Assembly (NCBI GenBank): GCA_902541515.1
Contig: CACBRD010000001.1
Location: forward strand, 22,608-86,607
Reading direction: 5' to 3'
DNA from: an uncultured Pelagibacteraceae bacterium
Lineage (GTDB): Bacteria > Pseudomonadota > Alphaproteobacteria > Pelagibacterales > Pelagibacteraceae
Length of the DNA: 64,000 nt
Shown here: piece by piece, positions 29,563-40,456 of the stretch
Layout of the letters: every line of letters begins with the position of its first letter
Numbering within the stretch: the first letter of the stretch is position 1
Notes under the pieces: generated by a model
The model's input: the letters and a program-made list of their open reading frames with translations, nothing else
Database searches by the model: none
What the model was told of the DNA's origin: nothing
Program-made: the position numbers and the translations under genes

Positions 29563-31683
29563 ATGATACAAAGTGGTAAATTTGATTCATCTAATATGGA
29601 TATAAAAAAATTATCAAATACCGCAATGACATTCATTACCAATAGATTAATTGAAGTTTTCGGTATTTGTGTTTTTTTAATAGGTGTTCTAATTTTAGTT
29701 GCTTTACTATCATACTCTCCTGAAGATCCTAATTTTATTTTTCCAGAAAATACTATTATTAAAAATATTTTAGGCTATCATGGTAGTGTTACTTCAGACT
29801 TTATTTTTCAATCTATAGGCTTGATAGGTTATTTAATGCCTGTCACGTATATTTTTACAGGTTTTAATATTTTTAGAAAAAAGGAAATTTTAATTTTTAT
29901 AGAAAATACTTTCTTTGTAACAATTTATATATTTTTTGGGTCCTTGTTTTTTTCAAAATTTAACCCTGAAAATTTTACACTTTATATTAACGGTAATGGA
30001 GGCTTTGTTGGAAATTACCTATCAGAAAACTTTTTCATGAATTTATTAAATAAATACGAAAACTTTTCATATTATTTAATTCTACTGCTCACTTTTTTCT
30101 TTTTTATATTGAGTATAAATTTTAATTTAAAAAATTTTATTTTAAATGTTAAAAAAATATCAAATTTTATATTTAAAAAACATTCTACCAACTATACAAA
30201 TAAAGATGAGATCATTAATGAATTCATTCCTCAAGATGAAATTAAAGATATTATACAAGAAGATTTACCGTTTATTAAAGCTGAAAATAATAGGTTTTCA
30301 AAAAACAAATTTGCTCTTCCCTCAATTGATTTATTAAAAACTCCAACAAAAAAAGAGAGAGAAAGTTCCAATAAAAATGAAAATAACAACCCAGAATTTT
30401 TAGAGAAAATTCTTTTAGATTTTGGTGTTAATGGAAAAATTAAAAAAGTAAGTCATGGCCCAGTTGTTACGCTAAATGAATTTGAACCCGCTGCGGGTAT
30501 CAAAGTTTCTAAAATAATAAATCTATCTGACGATATTGCAAGAAATACAAGCTCAGAGTCAGCTCGTATAGCAACCATTCCAGGAAGTAATACCATAGGT
30601 ATAGAACTTCCAAATTTAGACAGAGAAAATGTATATCTTAGTGAAATTTTAGATAATTCAAACTTTAGAAAGAAGGAAATCAAATTACCTATTGCTTTAG
30701 GAAAAAATATTTCTGGCACTCCAATTATCGGAGACTTGTCTGCAATGCCTCATTTGCTTATTGCTGGTACTACAGGCTCAGGAAAATCTGTTTGTATCAA
30801 TACAATTATTTTATCTCTTCTTTACAAGCACACTCCAGAAAAATGTAAATTTATTTTAATTGATCCAAAGATGTTAGAACTTTCTACTTATGAAGGAATT
30901 CCACACTTACTTTGCCCTGTCATTACCGAAGCAAAAAAGGCTGCCTCTGTTCTAGGTTGGGTGGTTAAAGAAATGGAGAGTAGATATAGGCTGATGACCA
31001 AAGAAGGTGTAAGAAATATTGATAGCTACAATTCAAAACATAAATTGCCGATGCCCTACATAGTAGTGGTAGTTGATGAAATGTCTGATTTAATGTTAGT
31101 AGCAGGAAAAGAAATTGAAAATTATATTCAAAAATTGTCACAAATGGCTAGAGCTGCAGGTATTCATATTATTATGGCTACTCAAAGACCCAGTGTTGAT
31201 GTTATTACAGGTACTATAAAAGCAAATTTTCCAACCCGAATTTCTTTTCAAGTCACCTCTAAAATAGATAGTCGAACAATTTTAGGCGAACAGGGAGCTG
31301 AACAATTGTTAGGAAAAGGCGATATGCTATATATGTCATCCGCGAATAGAATTGTAAGAATTCATGCTCCATTTGTCTCAGACACAGAAATAGAAAAAAT
31401 TAATAATTTTTTAAGGTCTCAAGCAGAGCCTGATTATGTTGATGAAATACTTAATTTTGCTGATGAAAAAGAATTGAACGAGACAAAAAATCAAGGTGAA
31501 AAAGATGAATTATATCAAACTGCTATTGAAATAATTAAAACAGAGGGAAAAGCTTCAACTTCATTTTTACAAAGAAAACTTCAAATTGGATATAATCGTG
31601 CTGCAAGAATAATTGATATGATGGAGTCTGAGGGAATAGTAAGTAAAGCAAATCATGTTGGAAAAAGGGATGTTCTAAAATGA
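29563..31683 (+). CDS. ftsK: DNA translocase FtsK
   Basis: N-terminal TMs, GPVVT, PHLLIAGTTGSGKS, ATQRPSVDVITG, gamma domain LQRKLQIGYNRAAR. Confidence 0.95.
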   Translation: MIQSGKFDSSNMDIKKLSNTAMTFITNRLIEVFGICVFLIGVLILVALLSYSPEDPNFIFPENTIIKNILGYHGSVTSDFIFQSIGLIGYLMPVTYIFTGFNIFRKKEILIFIENTFFVTIYIFFGSLFFSKFNPENFTLYINGNGGFVGNYLSENFFMNLLNKYENFSYYLILLLTFFFFILSINFNLKNFILNVKKISNFIFKKHSTNYTNKDEIINEFIPQDEIKDIIQEDLPFIKAENNRFSKNKFALPSIDLLKTPTKKERESSNKNENNNPEFLEKILLDFGVNGKIKKVSHGPVVTLNEFEPAAGIKVSKIINLSDDIARNTSSESARIATIPGSNTIGIELPNLDRENVYLSEILDNSNFRKKEIKLPIALGKNISGTPIIGDLSAMPHLLIAGTTGSGKSVCINTIILSLLYKHTPEKCKFILIDPKMLELSTYEGIPHLLCPVITEAKKAASVLGWVVKEMESRYRLMTKEGVRNIDSYNSKHKLPMPYIVVVVDEMSDLMLVAGKEIENYIQKLSQMARAAGIHIIMATQRPSVDVITGTIKANFPTRISFQVTSKIDSRTILGEQGAEQLLGKGDMLYMSSANRIVRIHAPFVSDTEIEKINNFLRSQAEPDYVDEILNFADEKELNETKNQGEKDELYQTAIEIIKTEGKASTSFLQRKLQIGYNRAARIIDMMESEGIVSKANHVGKRDVLK

Positions 31684-32228
31684 AAAAACTATTTGTTATC
31701 TTAATTTTTTTTTTTACAATTTCCAATGCCTCTGCATCAATAAAAGAAAATATAATTAAAAAATTTATAGATATTAAAAATGTATCATTCGATTTTGAAC
31801 AAAATATTAATGGTAAGATTGAAAATGGTAATTGTATAATTGAGTACCCAAAAAAAATTTATTGTAAATACAATTTAAGTAATCAGAAGGTCTTGGTTGC
31901 AGATGGAAAATCATTAGTTATCAAAACATTAAGTAGTTATTACTTTTATCCACTTGAAAAAACTCCTCTGAGCACAATTCTCAATAAAGAATATTTATTA
32001 AAAAAAATAAAAAATTTAGATCAAAGAGAAGTGAACGATGATTTTATAAACTTCAATTTTATAGAAAATGAAAATGAGATAAATCTATTTTTCGATAAGA
32101 AAACCTATAACTTAATTGGGTGGCAAACAGTTGATATTTATCAAAATGTAAGTATTACCTATCTTTCTTCCATTAAAAGAAATCAAAAGTTAAAAAAAGA
32201 AATATTTAAACTTCCACAGCAAAACTAG
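31680..32228 (+). CDS. lolA: outer-membrane lipoprotein carrier LolA-like
   Basis: Signal peptide, FEQ, VADGK, YPLEKTPL; follows ftsK. Confidence 0.75.
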   Translation: MKKLFVILIFFFTISNASASIKENIIKKFIDIKNVSFDFEQNINGKIENGNCIIEYPKKIYCKYNLSNQKVLVADGKSLVIKTLSSYYFYPLEKTPLSTILNKEYLLKKIKNLDQREVNDDFINFNFIENENEINLFFDKKTYNLIGWQTVDIYQNVSITYLSSIKRNQKLKKEIFKLPQQN

Positions 32229-32229
32229 C

Positions 32230-32733
32230 TTAAATTACAATTGTTTCAGTTTTAAAAACTTTCATACCTCTTGCAATATAATTATTTAATGCATTTTTGT
32301 GATCTAATGAACATGTATGGACCCAAACTCTTTTAGGTTTTTCTTTAAAAGAATTTCTAATAGCCGCTGATAATAGATATGAACCTAATTTTTTATTTTG
32401 GTATTCCTCTAATAAACCCAAATAAGCTATTTCGACTTCATTTTTATCTTTATGAAAAATTAATTCAAAATAACCTGCTAGTTCGTCCTTATCTTTTAAT
32501 ACATATGTTTTAACTTTTTGGTCTGAAACATAGTCCAACCATTGTTTTTCACCCCATACTAATCGGTCTACCCAATGATGACTTTTGCCAATATTTTTAT
32601 AAAAAAATTTATTTAACTGAAAATCAACTGGTTTGACTAAATTTATTGAGTAGTGGTCTGATAAAATTGAAGAGTCTTTTAAATCTTTCAAATAAGATAT
32701 TTCTAAATAATTTCTCTCAACTTTTTTATTCAC
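32230..32733 (-). CDS. GNAT-family N-acetyltransferase
   Basis: AGYFEL, EIAYLGL-QNKKLG, VWVHTCSLDH-ALNNY-RG. Confidence 0.85.
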   Translation of the reverse strand: MNKKVERNYLEISYLKDLKDSSILSDHYSINLVKPVDFQLNKFFYKNIGKSHHWVDRLVWGEKQWLDYVSDQKVKTYVLKDKDELAGYFELIFHKDKNEVEIAYLGLLEEYQNKKLGSYLLSAAIRNSFKEKPKRVWVHTCSLDHKNALNNYIARGMKVFKTETIVI

Positions 32734-33095
32734 TGCACCATCTTACCAACTGGTTCTCCACCGAATAAGTGAAAATGAAGATGAGGCACTTCTTGACCGC
32801 CATGTTCATTAATATTTGCTAATGCTCTATATCCTTTACCTGTATCAACCGAAATACCGAGCTTCTTTGCTACTATATTGATTCCTTTTAATAATCCTAC
32901 CATCTCATCTGGTGAAGCTTTATTACTGAAATCATCTAAATCTATATATTTTCCTTTTGGAATTACAAGTGCGTGAATTTTTTTTTGAGGATTTATATCG
33001 TAAAAAGATAATACAAACTCATCTTCGTAAATTTTTTTACAAGGGATTTCACCCTTTAAAATTTTTGCAAAAATATTATTATCATCATACGTCAT
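32730..33095 (-). CDS. histidine triad (HIT) nucleotide-binding protein
   Basis: NIFAKIL, GQEVPHLHFHLFGG. Confidence 0.9.
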   Translation of the reverse strand: MTYDDNNIFAKILKGEIPCKKIYEDEFVLSFYDINPQKKIHALVIPKGKYIDLDDFSNKASPDEMVGLLKGINIVAKKLGISVDTGKGYRALANINEHGGQEVPHLHFHLFGGEPVGKMVQ

Positions 33096-33436
33096 TGTAA
33101 AACTTCAAGCTCCTCATTTATGCTGGTTATTTTTCCACCTCTTAAATTGGCATCAACTATAGCACATTCATAATATGCAAAAGATGTTTCTTCTGCTATT
33201 TGTTTCATTTCTAGACATTTAGACTTATTTTTAACCAATAAATGTTCATTTAATTTTGGAGGATCACCTAAATACATCATTAAGGCTATAACCTCTCCTT
33301 GTCTTTCAAAATCAGCTTTTTCTTCTATCTCGGTAATTCTATCAGAGACGCCAATTTCAAAATTTGTAAAAGCTTCGTAACCTTTATAAGCAACAAAACC
33401 TAGTATTAAATAAAATATAATCTTAATTTTACTCAT
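33092..33436 (-). CDS. membrane-anchored hypothetical protein
   Basis: N-terminal TM, two Cys; overlaps both neighbours. Confidence 0.65.
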   Translation of the reverse strand: MSKIKIIFYLILGFVAYKGYEAFTNFEIGVSDRITEIEEKADFERQGEVIALMMYLGDPPKLNEHLLVKNKSKCLEMKQIAEETSFAYYECAIVDANLRGGKITSINEELEVLQ

Positions 33437-33710
33437 TAGATTTTTTTCTTTTTTCTAACTCACTTTCAATATCTTCAATTTTAATATTATGTGCCTCAAG
33501 ATATATTATCAAATGATAAAATAAATCAGCAGCTTCATGTATTTTATTAGTATCTTTATCTACAGCCTCAATAAGTTCGTTTATTTCCTCTAGAACTTTT
33601 GATTTGCTTAGTGATTTATCTGATAATAATTTATTAGTATAAGATCCATCAATTGGCTTTACTTTTCTTGCACGCGCGAGCTTAAATAAATTTTCAAGTG
33701 TACTTAACAT
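33429..33710 (-). CDS. hisE: phosphoribosyl-ATP diphosphatase
   Basis: SYTNKL, KVLEE, HEAADLFYHL; ATG at 33710. Confidence 0.9.
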   Translation of the reverse strand: MLSTLENLFKLARARKVKPIDGSYTNKLLSDKSLSKSKVLEEINELIEAVDKDTNKIHEAADLFYHLIIYLEAHNIKIEDIESELEKRKKSNE

Positions 33711-33711
33711 A

Positions 33712-34467
33712 CTAAATTCTAACAGGAATTCCTTTTGAGTCCAAATATTCCTTAGCCTCTTGCACTGAATGTTTACCATAGTGAAATATTGAAGCTGCTA
33801 AAACTGCACTTGCATTTCCTAACTTAATTCCATCAACTAAATGATCTAGGTTCCCAACACCTCCTGATGCAATTAAAGGTATATTTACTTTTGATGCAAT
33901 TTTGCTCATCAAATCGACGTCATAACCCATTTGTGTTCCATCTCTATCCATAGAGGTAACTAATAATTCTCCTGCCCCATTATCTTCCATTTTTTTGGCA
34001 TACTCTAAAGCATCAAGACCACTATTGTTTCTACCTCCATGGGTAAATATTTCCCACTTGTCTCCATTTTTCTTTGCATCAATTGCAACAACAATACATT
34101 GTGAACCAAACTTTTTTGAACTATCTAAAACAACTTTTGAATTTTCTACAGCAGCAGTATTTATAGAAACTTTATCTGCACCACAATTTAGTAATTTATT
34201 AATATCATCTATACTTCTTACTCCTCCACCAACAGTTAAAGGTACGAAACATTTTTTTGATGTTCTCTCAACTACATCATAAATTGTATCTCTATTTTCG
34301 TTTGAAGCAGTAATATCTAAAAAACATATTTCATCTGCTCCTCCATCAGAATAAATTTGTGCTTGTTCGACTGGATCCCCAGCATCTTTCAAATCAACGA
34401 AGTTAATACCTTTAACTACACGTCCGTTTTTAACATCTAAACAAGGAATTATTCTATTTTTAAGCAT
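33712..34467 (-). CDS. hisF: imidazole glycerol phosphate synthase cyclase subunit
   Basis: [34 protein letters not shown]. Confidence 0.97.
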   Translation of the reverse strand: MLKNRIIPCLDVKNGRVVKGINFVDLKDAGDPVEQAQIYSDGGADEICFLDITASNENRDTIYDVVERTSKKCFVPLTVGGGVRSIDDINKLLNCGADKVSINTAAVENSKVVLDSSKKFGSQCIVVAIDAKKNGDKWEIFTHGGRNNSGLDALEYAKKMEDNGAGELLVTSMDRDGTQMGYDVDLMSKIASKVNIPLIASGGVGNLDHLVDGIKLGNASAVLAASIFHYGKHSVQEAKEYLDSKGIPVRI

Positions 34468-35176
34468 CTTCTTTTACCAGTTCCTCTAGCTTTATATCTC
34501 CATCATAAATAGCTTTGCCAACTATAATACCCTCAATATTTTTCAAAGTTTTAGCTTTTTTAATGTCATCTATTGATGACACACCACCAGAAATAATGAC
34601 AGGACAATTTGATTTCTCCGCAACTTTTGTAGTCACTTCAAAATTTGGGCTTTGTTTCATACCATCTCGGTTGATATCCGTATAAATCAATCTGCTAACG
34701 CCATAATCATTTATCTCTTTTAAATAATCTAGAGTTAATTGATTAGAGTTTTCCTTCCAACCAGATACGGATAAAAATCCATCTTTAGCATCTAAACCTA
34801 AGGCAATTTTATTTGGAAATTTTACACATGCTTCTTTTAAAAAATTTTTGTCTTTAATTGCTGCACTGCCTAAAATTACTTTTTCAACTCCAACATCAGT
34901 ATACTTTTGAATACTTTCAAAGTTTCTCACACCTCCACCAACTTCGATTTTGAGGTCGAATTTACTTACTATATCTTTAATAATATCTAAATTGATAGTT
35001 TCGCCAGTTAAAGCTCCATCCAAATCAACTATATGTAAATTTTTAAAGCCATGATCTCTATATTTACTAGCTTGTTCAACTGGAGACATTTTATACTCGG
35101 TTTTATTATTAAAATCTCCTTTTACTAACCTCACGCACTTTTTATCTTTGATATCAATTGCTGGAAATATCTTCAT
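34460..35176 (-). CDS. hisA: ProFAR isomerase
   Basis: [33 protein letters not shown]. Confidence 0.95.
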   Translation of the reverse strand: MKIFPAIDIKDKKCVRLVKGDFNNKTEYKMSPVEQASKYRDHGFKNLHIVDLDGALTGETINLDIIKDIVSKFDLKIEVGGGVRNFESIQKYTDVGVEKVILGSAAIKDKNFLKEACVKFPNKIALGLDAKDGFLSVSGWKENSNQLTLDYLKEINDYGVSRLIYTDINRDGMKQSPNFEVTTKVAEKSNCPVIISGGVSSIDDIKKAKTLKNIEGIIVGKAIYDGDIKLEELVKEDA

Positions 35177-35307
35177 TTATTTGTTTTTAAATTAGGTTCA
35201 ATAGAAATTGAAAATTCTTTATTCAAACTTTTTTTCTTCGTACTCTCAACATTTTGACATGAGGTTAGAAAAAAATAACAAACGATTATAAAAAGAAATT
35301 TATTCAT
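35173..35307 (-). CDS. small putative lipoprotein (44 aa)
   Basis: Manual translation [44 protein letters not shown]; lipobox LTSC; starts 4 nt after the hisH stop and its stop overlaps the hisA ATG (ATGA). Confidence 0.7.
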   Translation of the reverse strand: MNKFLFIIVCYFFLTSCQNVESTKKKSLNKEFSISIEPNLKTNK

Positions 35308-35311
35308 AAAT

Positions 35312-35938
35312 TTAAATATTTATAAAATTATCAATTATTTTAAGCCCCAATTTATCACTTTTTTCAGGATGAAACTGCGTTCCAAAAATATTTTCTGTTT
35401 CAACAGAGCAAACGATATTTGATGAATAATCTGTTGTAGCTGAAATTACATTTTTATCCTCTGGAATAAATTCATAACTATGCACAAAATACATATGTGA
35501 ATTATTTTCTATATTTTTAAAAATCTTACTTTGTTTGACAATATTTATCTGGTTCCAACCAATATGAGGAAGTTTGTATTTTCCATTTTGATTATCTATT
35601 TTTGAAACTTTGCCAGATATCCAACCTAAGCCTTTAGTTTCAGTTTCCTCATAACCAATATCCGCGAACATTTGTAAACCAACACAAATTCCAAAAAGTG
35701 GTTTTTTATTATTTATTGCAAATTCATGTAAAGCCTCTGTTAGACCATTAATTTTATTTAAAGCATCTACACAACTTTTAAATGAGCCCTGCCCTGGTAA
35801 AACTATTTTGTCGCTTGATTTAATTTTATTTAAATCAGCAGTAACCTCAATATTTACCTTATCTTTGGCAACTTCTTTAAATGAGTTTATCACCGAGCTT
35901 ATATTGCCCGAGTTATAATCAACAATTGTAACTTTCAT
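35312..35938 (-). CDS. hisH: imidazole glycerol phosphate synthase glutaminase subunit
   Basis: DY-SGN, LPGQG, GICVGLQ, PHIGWN, YFVHSY, QFHPEKS. Confidence 0.95.
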   Translation of the reverse strand: MKVTIVDYNSGNISSVINSFKEVAKDKVNIEVTADLNKIKSSDKIVLPGQGSFKSCVDALNKINGLTEALHEFAINNKKPLFGICVGLQMFADIGYEETETKGLGWISGKVSKIDNQNGKYKLPHIGWNQINIVKQSKIFKNIENNSHMYFVHSYEFIPEDKNVISATTDYSSNIVCSVETENIFGTQFHPEKSDKLGLKIIDNFINI

Positions 35939-35943
35939 TAATT

Positions 35944-36534
35944 TTATAATGAACCTTTAGTAGATGGAACTGATTTACTATTCCGAGGATCTATCTCTAA
36001 TGCAGCTCTTAATGATCTTGCTAATCCTTTGAAACAAGACTCAATTATGTGGTGACTATTATCGCCATAAATGTTTTCTACGTGCAAAGTAATTCCTGCT
36101 GCTTGAGAAAAAGCCTGAAACCACTCTTTAAAAAGTTCTGTGTCCATTTCACCAAGCTTTTCTACTTTTAATTTAACTTTCCAAATTAAATAAGGTCTGT
36201 TCGAAATATCAATTGCAACTCGCGATAAAGTTTCATCCATTGGTATCATTGCATGTGCGTATCTTCTAATACCAACAGACTTTTTTAATGCTTTTTTCAA
36301 GGCCTCACCGATTGCTATACCGGTATCCTCGGTTGTGTGGTGAAGATCAATATGCGTATCTCCTTTAGCTTTTATATTCATGTCGATTGACGAGTGCTTG
36401 GATAACTGCTCAAGCATGTGATTAAGAAATCCTATTCCAGTATCAATCTTGTACTTACCTTTACCATCAATGTTGAGATCAACACTTATACTGGTCTCTT
36501 TTGTTTTTCGACTAATTTTACCTTTACGCTTCAT
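35944..36534 (-). CDS. hisB: imidazoleglycerol-phosphate dehydratase
   Basis: [38 protein letters not shown]. Confidence 0.95.
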   Translation of the reverse strand: MKRKGKISRKTKETSISVDLNIDGKGKYKIDTGIGFLNHMLEQLSKHSSIDMNIKAKGDTHIDLHHTTEDTGIAIGEALKKALKKSVGIRRYAHAMIPMDETLSRVAIDISNRPYLIWKVKLKVEKLGEMDTELFKEWFQAFSQAAGITLHVENIYGDNSHHIIESCFKGLARSLRAALEIDPRNSKSVPSTKGSL

Positions 36535-36590
36535 AATTTAAAAGAGGTATACATATATTATCCAAATATGGCAATAATACTAAACCTGGG

Positions 36591-36619
36591 CTTGAACTAT
36601 CAAATTTAGTATCCATTTA
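36591..36619 (+). promoter_or_regulatory. putative RpoH (sigma32)-type promoter of hslVU, probably leaderless
   Basis: CTTGAA-N16-CCATTTA ending 6 nt before the hslV ATG; resembles the alphaproteobacterial RpoH consensus; no SD. Confidence 0.5.
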
Positions 36620-36625
36620 TAAGCT

Positions 36626-37141
36626 ATGACAACAATTGTTTTGGTTAGAAAAAATAATGAAGTAGTGGTCGCTGGTGATGGACAAGTCAGTATGGGAAAT
36701 ACTGTTGTTAAAAGCACTGCGTCAAAAGTAAGAAAAATCGAAAAAAGAGATGTTGTTGCTGGATTTGCAGGTTCAACCGCAGATGCTTTAACTTTGTTTG
36801 AAAGATTAGAGGCAAAAATAGAAAAACATGCAGGAAACTTATCAAGAGCTGCTGTTGAATTAGCAAAGGATTGGCGAACAGATAAATATTTAAGAAGACT
36901 AGAGGCTTTAATGGCCATCGGTGACAAAGATAATAGTTACATTATCTCAGGAACCGGAGATGTGCTAGAGCCAGAGGGCGATGTAATTGGAATTGGATCA
37001 GGTGGAAATTATGCTTTAGCAGCCGGAAAAGTTTTAATAGGTACAGACATGAGTGCTGAAGAGGTGGCAAAAAAAGCAATTGAAGTTGCCTCAGAAATTT
37101 GTGTTTTTACAAATAATAATATTAAGGTTGAAAAAATATAA
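36626..37141 (+). CDS. hslV: ATP-dependent protease subunit HslV
   Basis: MTTI start, [32 protein letters not shown]. Confidence 0.97.
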   Translation: MTTIVLVRKNNEVVVAGDGQVSMGNTVVKSTASKVRKIEKRDVVAGFAGSTADALTLFERLEAKIEKHAGNLSRAAVELAKDWRTDKYLRRLEALMAIGDKDNSYIISGTGDVLEPEGDVIGIGSGGNYALAAGKVLIGTDMSAEEVAKKAIEVASEICVFTNNNIKVEKI

Positions 37142-38514
37142 TGGAAAAATCAAACGTTACACCTCTTGTTCCAAAAGATAAGAATTCTAAAGATAACGAA
37201 AATTTAGTTAGTTCATTATCACCAAGAGAAATAGTTTCAGAGTTAGACAGGTTTGTTGTGGGTCAGAATAAAGCAAAAAAAGCTGTTGCTGTAGCTCTAA
37301 GAAACAGATGGAGAAGACAAGCTTTAAAAGGTGAAATGAAGAATGAAGTATTGCCTAAAAATATACTTATGATTGGACCAACTGGGGTTGGAAAAACTGA
37401 AATATCTAGAAGATTATCAAAACTTGCTGAAGCACCATTTGTAAAAGTTGAGGCAACAAGATTTACTGAAGTTGGTTATGTCGGAAGAGATGTCGAACAA
37501 ATTGTTAGAGATTTAATTGAAATTGCTATTTCGATGGAAAAAGTTAAAAAAAGAAAAGAAGTTTATGCAAAAGCTCAAAAAATGGCCGAGGAAAAAGTTT
37601 TAGATGCTTTAGTTGGAAAAAAGGCAAGTGCGGCAACTAGAGAAAGTTTTAGAAAAAGATTAAGAGATGGGGATTTAGACAATAATGAAATTGAAATAGC
37701 TGTTAATGACACTAGTGGAGGAGGAACAACGTTTGAAATACCAGGTATGCCAGGGGCAAATGTAGGAATGATTAATATCAGTGAAATGCTGGGAAAATCA
37801 ATGGGGACAAAGGAAAAAAAGAAGAAAATGACTGTAAAAGAATCTCACGAAATTTTAATTAATGATGAATCTGATAAATTAATTGAACAGGATAAAATTA
37901 TTAAAGCTGCAAAAATTTCAACTGAAAATAATGGAATAGTTTTCTTAGACGAAATTGATAAAATCTCGGGCAGAACTGATAGAGTTGGTGGAGATGTATC
38001 AAGAGAGGGAGTACAAAGAGATTTATTACCACTCATAGAAGGTACAACAGTTAATACAAAATATGGTCCAATTAAAACAGATCATATTTTATTTATTGCA
38101 TCTGGTGCTTTCCAGCTTGCAAAACCATCAGACTTATTACCGGAACTACAAGGAAGGTTACCTATCAGAGTTGAGTTAGAGGCTTTAACAAGTGAGGACT
38201 TTAAAAGAATTCTAAAGGAACCTGACTATAGTTTAATTAAGCAATATGTGGCTTTATTAAAAACTGAAAATGTAGATTTGGAATTTGCAGAAGATGGAAT
38301 TAATGCGATTGCAAATATAGCATCTGAAGTAAATGCAACTGTAGAGAATATTGGTGCAAGGAGATTGCACACCATTATTGAAAAGATTTTAGATGAAATT
38401 AGTTTTACAGCAACTGACAGATCTGGAGAAAAAATTATTATCAATAAAGAGTATATTAATAAAAATTTAGATACACTAGTTAAAGATACTGATTTATCGA
38501 AATTTATTCTTTAA
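37141..38514 (+). CDS. hslU: ATP-dependent protease ATPase subunit HslU
   Basis: [40 protein letters not shown]. Confidence 0.97.
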   Translation: MEKSNVTPLVPKDKNSKDNENLVSSLSPREIVSELDRFVVGQNKAKKAVAVALRNRWRRQALKGEMKNEVLPKNILMIGPTGVGKTEISRRLSKLAEAPFVKVEATRFTEVGYVGRDVEQIVRDLIEIAISMEKVKKRKEVYAKAQKMAEEKVLDALVGKKASAATRESFRKRLRDGDLDNNEIEIAVNDTSGGGTTFEIPGMPGANVGMINISEMLGKSMGTKEKKKKMTVKESHEILINDESDKLIEQDKIIKAAKISTENNGIVFLDEIDKISGRTDRVGGDVSREGVQRDLLPLIEGTTVNTKYGPIKTDHILFIASGAFQLAKPSDLLPELQGRLPIRVELEALTSEDFKRILKEPDYSLIKQYVALLKTENVDLEFAEDGINAIANIASEVNATVENIGARRLHTIIEKILDEISFTATDRSGEKIIINKEYINKNLDTLVKDTDLSKFIL

Positions 38515-38520
38515 GATAAA

Positions 38521-39357
38521 TTACAAATATTTAAGTTCCTTCATTTCATTTCCTAGTTCTTTCTCTAATTTTTCCTTTATTTTTTCGTCTAGGAGTTTTT
38601 TCCAATCATTTTTGATTCCCATATTAAAAAATTTAATTTTTTCCCCATGTTTATTTTCTTTTGCCTCAACAAAACTCTCTCTTGCCTCTAGTTTTTGCAT
38701 TTTTTCAAATCTTGTTGTTTTTAAAGCATTATCAAATTTATTCTCATCATAACTAAATTTAACACGACCAAGATGAGCAATGAATTTTAAGATATTTAAA
38801 AAGGTTTTTTCTGTATCATTGATTAAATCTTCATATCTCACTAATAAATATTTATTGAATCTTTTAAAAACTTTCCAAGAATTAAAATGTTGTGTCCATG
38901 GACCTAGATAAGTTACACAATGTTTTTTTGAAGTTTTACCAAGATATTGATGAGATAATAAATTTTCAAAAGCTTGCTCTGGGCTTATCTGAAAATGGTG
39001 AGCAAACGATGTTATAATATTTCTTGGGTCTCTTACAATATAAATAACTCCAAGTGTATTGTGACGATCTGTAAATTGAAATTTATCATTGTTAAAAAAA
39101 CAACTGTGAGTTTTTAAAAATCTGATAGAATCTTTTTCATTAAATATTTTTTGAGTATTAATATAATTTTTAAACATTGCTTCCTCATTATTTGTATCAA
39201 CACCTATTTGTTCAAATAATGAGTTATCTGGAAATTGCTTAATATTTTTCAATAAATTAAAATTAAAATTACCATCATTTGAAAAGATGTAAGAGGATAG
39301 TAAAGATCTTACGAATGTATTACCACTTTTAGGATAAGATGCGAGCCAAACAATCAT
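38521..39357 (-). CDS. PAPS-dependent sulfotransferase (Sulfotransfer_1-like)
   Basis: 5'-PSB WLASYPKSGNT, KTH, 3'-PB VRDPRNIITS, RYEDL, FFNMG-NDWK. Confidence 0.85.
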   Translation of the reverse strand: MIVWLASYPKSGNTFVRSLLSSYIFSNDGNFNFNLLKNIKQFPDNSLFEQIGVDTNNEEAMFKNYINTQKIFNEKDSIRFLKTHSCFFNNDKFQFTDRHNTLGVIYIVRDPRNIITSFAHHFQISPEQAFENLLSHQYLGKTSKKHCVTYLGPWTQHFNSWKVFKRFNKYLLVRYEDLINDTEKTFLNILKFIAHLGRVKFSYDENKFDNALKTTRFEKMQKLEARESFVEAKENKHGEKIKFFNMGIKNDWKKLLDEKIKEKLEKELGNEMKELKYL

Positions 39358-39391
39358 AAAACATTATATTATTGAATAATTAAAAAAAAAA

Positions 39392-39802
39392 TTATTTTTT
39401 TTTTAAAAAAATATAAAAAGCTCCACTACCACCATCTTTTTCACTTGCCTGACTAATATTTAAAATAATTTTCATCAAATCTTGATTGCCCCTTAAAAAT
39501 TCAGGAACTGAATATTTTAAAATACCAAAATCCTTTGAAACATATGGGTCTTTATCATTATTTGAATGTATGCCTTTGCCAGTTACAATTATAAGTTTTT
39601 GGACTTTGTCTTTGTAAGACTCTTTTATAAAATTCTCGACAATTTGATTTGCTTGATCAAGAGTTTTACCATGTAGATCTAATGATCTAGTTTTTTTTGA
39701 ATTCGGTCCTAATTGAATATTGTCTTTATTGGGTAATTTTTGATCGCTTGACAAAAAATCTTCCCAATTTTTTTTATCTTTTTCTGAAATTTTGCTATTC
39801 AC
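39392..39802 (-). CDS. Smr/MutS2-domain protein
   Basis: LDLHG, IVTGKG, GGSGAFYI. Confidence 0.9.
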   Translation of the reverse strand: MNSKISEKDKKNWEDFLSSDQKLPNKDNIQLGPNSKKTRSLDLHGKTLDQANQIVENFIKESYKDKVQKLIIVTGKGIHSNNDKDPYVSKDFGILKYSVPEFLRGNQDLMKIILNISQASEKDGGSGAFYIFLKKK

Positions 39803-40399
39803 TTAGTTTAGAGTATTTACCAACAACCAGTTTGGATTATTTGATCTCATATCTCTAGAAAATGTCCAAGTGTCATAAATAGTTTTGATCTTGTCGGGAC
39901 TTCCTGAAACAATTTTTTTCTCTTTATCTCTTATACATGTAATGATCTCACTTACAAAATCTACTGTTACCTGAAGAGCTTTGTCAATTTTTTTGTGTTC
40001 TTTTATATCTGCTGATTTTATTCCAATAAATGTTATTTCAGCATAGTGGCCTCTATCGCCTCTTTCTTTAAGAGCTTTATTAAATTCGTCGTAAATTTCT
40101 TTACTTAGTAAAGGTTTGCTCGCAATGAGTTTATTATCATTGTCACTAAAATCAGTTATGATAGTTTCATAAGCAATTTTTGCTCCTTTTAAAAATTCAC
40201 TTTGAGCCTTTTTATCAAAATTCTCTTTTCGGTTAACATTAGTTTCTTGATGAACTTCTTTTAAAATTTCTTGAAATTGTTGTGGATTTTTCCCCTCAAA
40301 ACCAGTTCTTTTCCCAAGAATACCTCTTAGCCTCAAAAAAATAAATCCAGCTATCATTGCTAATAGTATAATATCGATGTACTCAAAACTATAATTCAT
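39803..40399 (-). CDS. Tim44/TimA-family protein
   Basis: N-terminal TM, LRGILGKRTG, FLKGAKIAYE, DTWTFSR-PNWLL. Confidence 0.85.
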   Translation of the reverse strand: MNYSFEYIDIILLAMIAGFIFLRLRGILGKRTGFEGKNPQQFQEILKEVHQETNVNRKENFDKKAQSEFLKGAKIAYETIITDFSDNDNKLIASKPLLSKEIYDEFNKALKERGDRGHYAEITFIGIKSADIKEHKKIDKALQVTVDFVSEIITCIRDKEKKIVSGSPDKIKTIYDTWTFSRDMRSNNPNWLLVNTLN

Positions 40400-40456
40400 A
40401 ATGTTAATTTAATTACTCTGTTGAATAATTTCAACTAGCAATTAGATTAAAGACAA

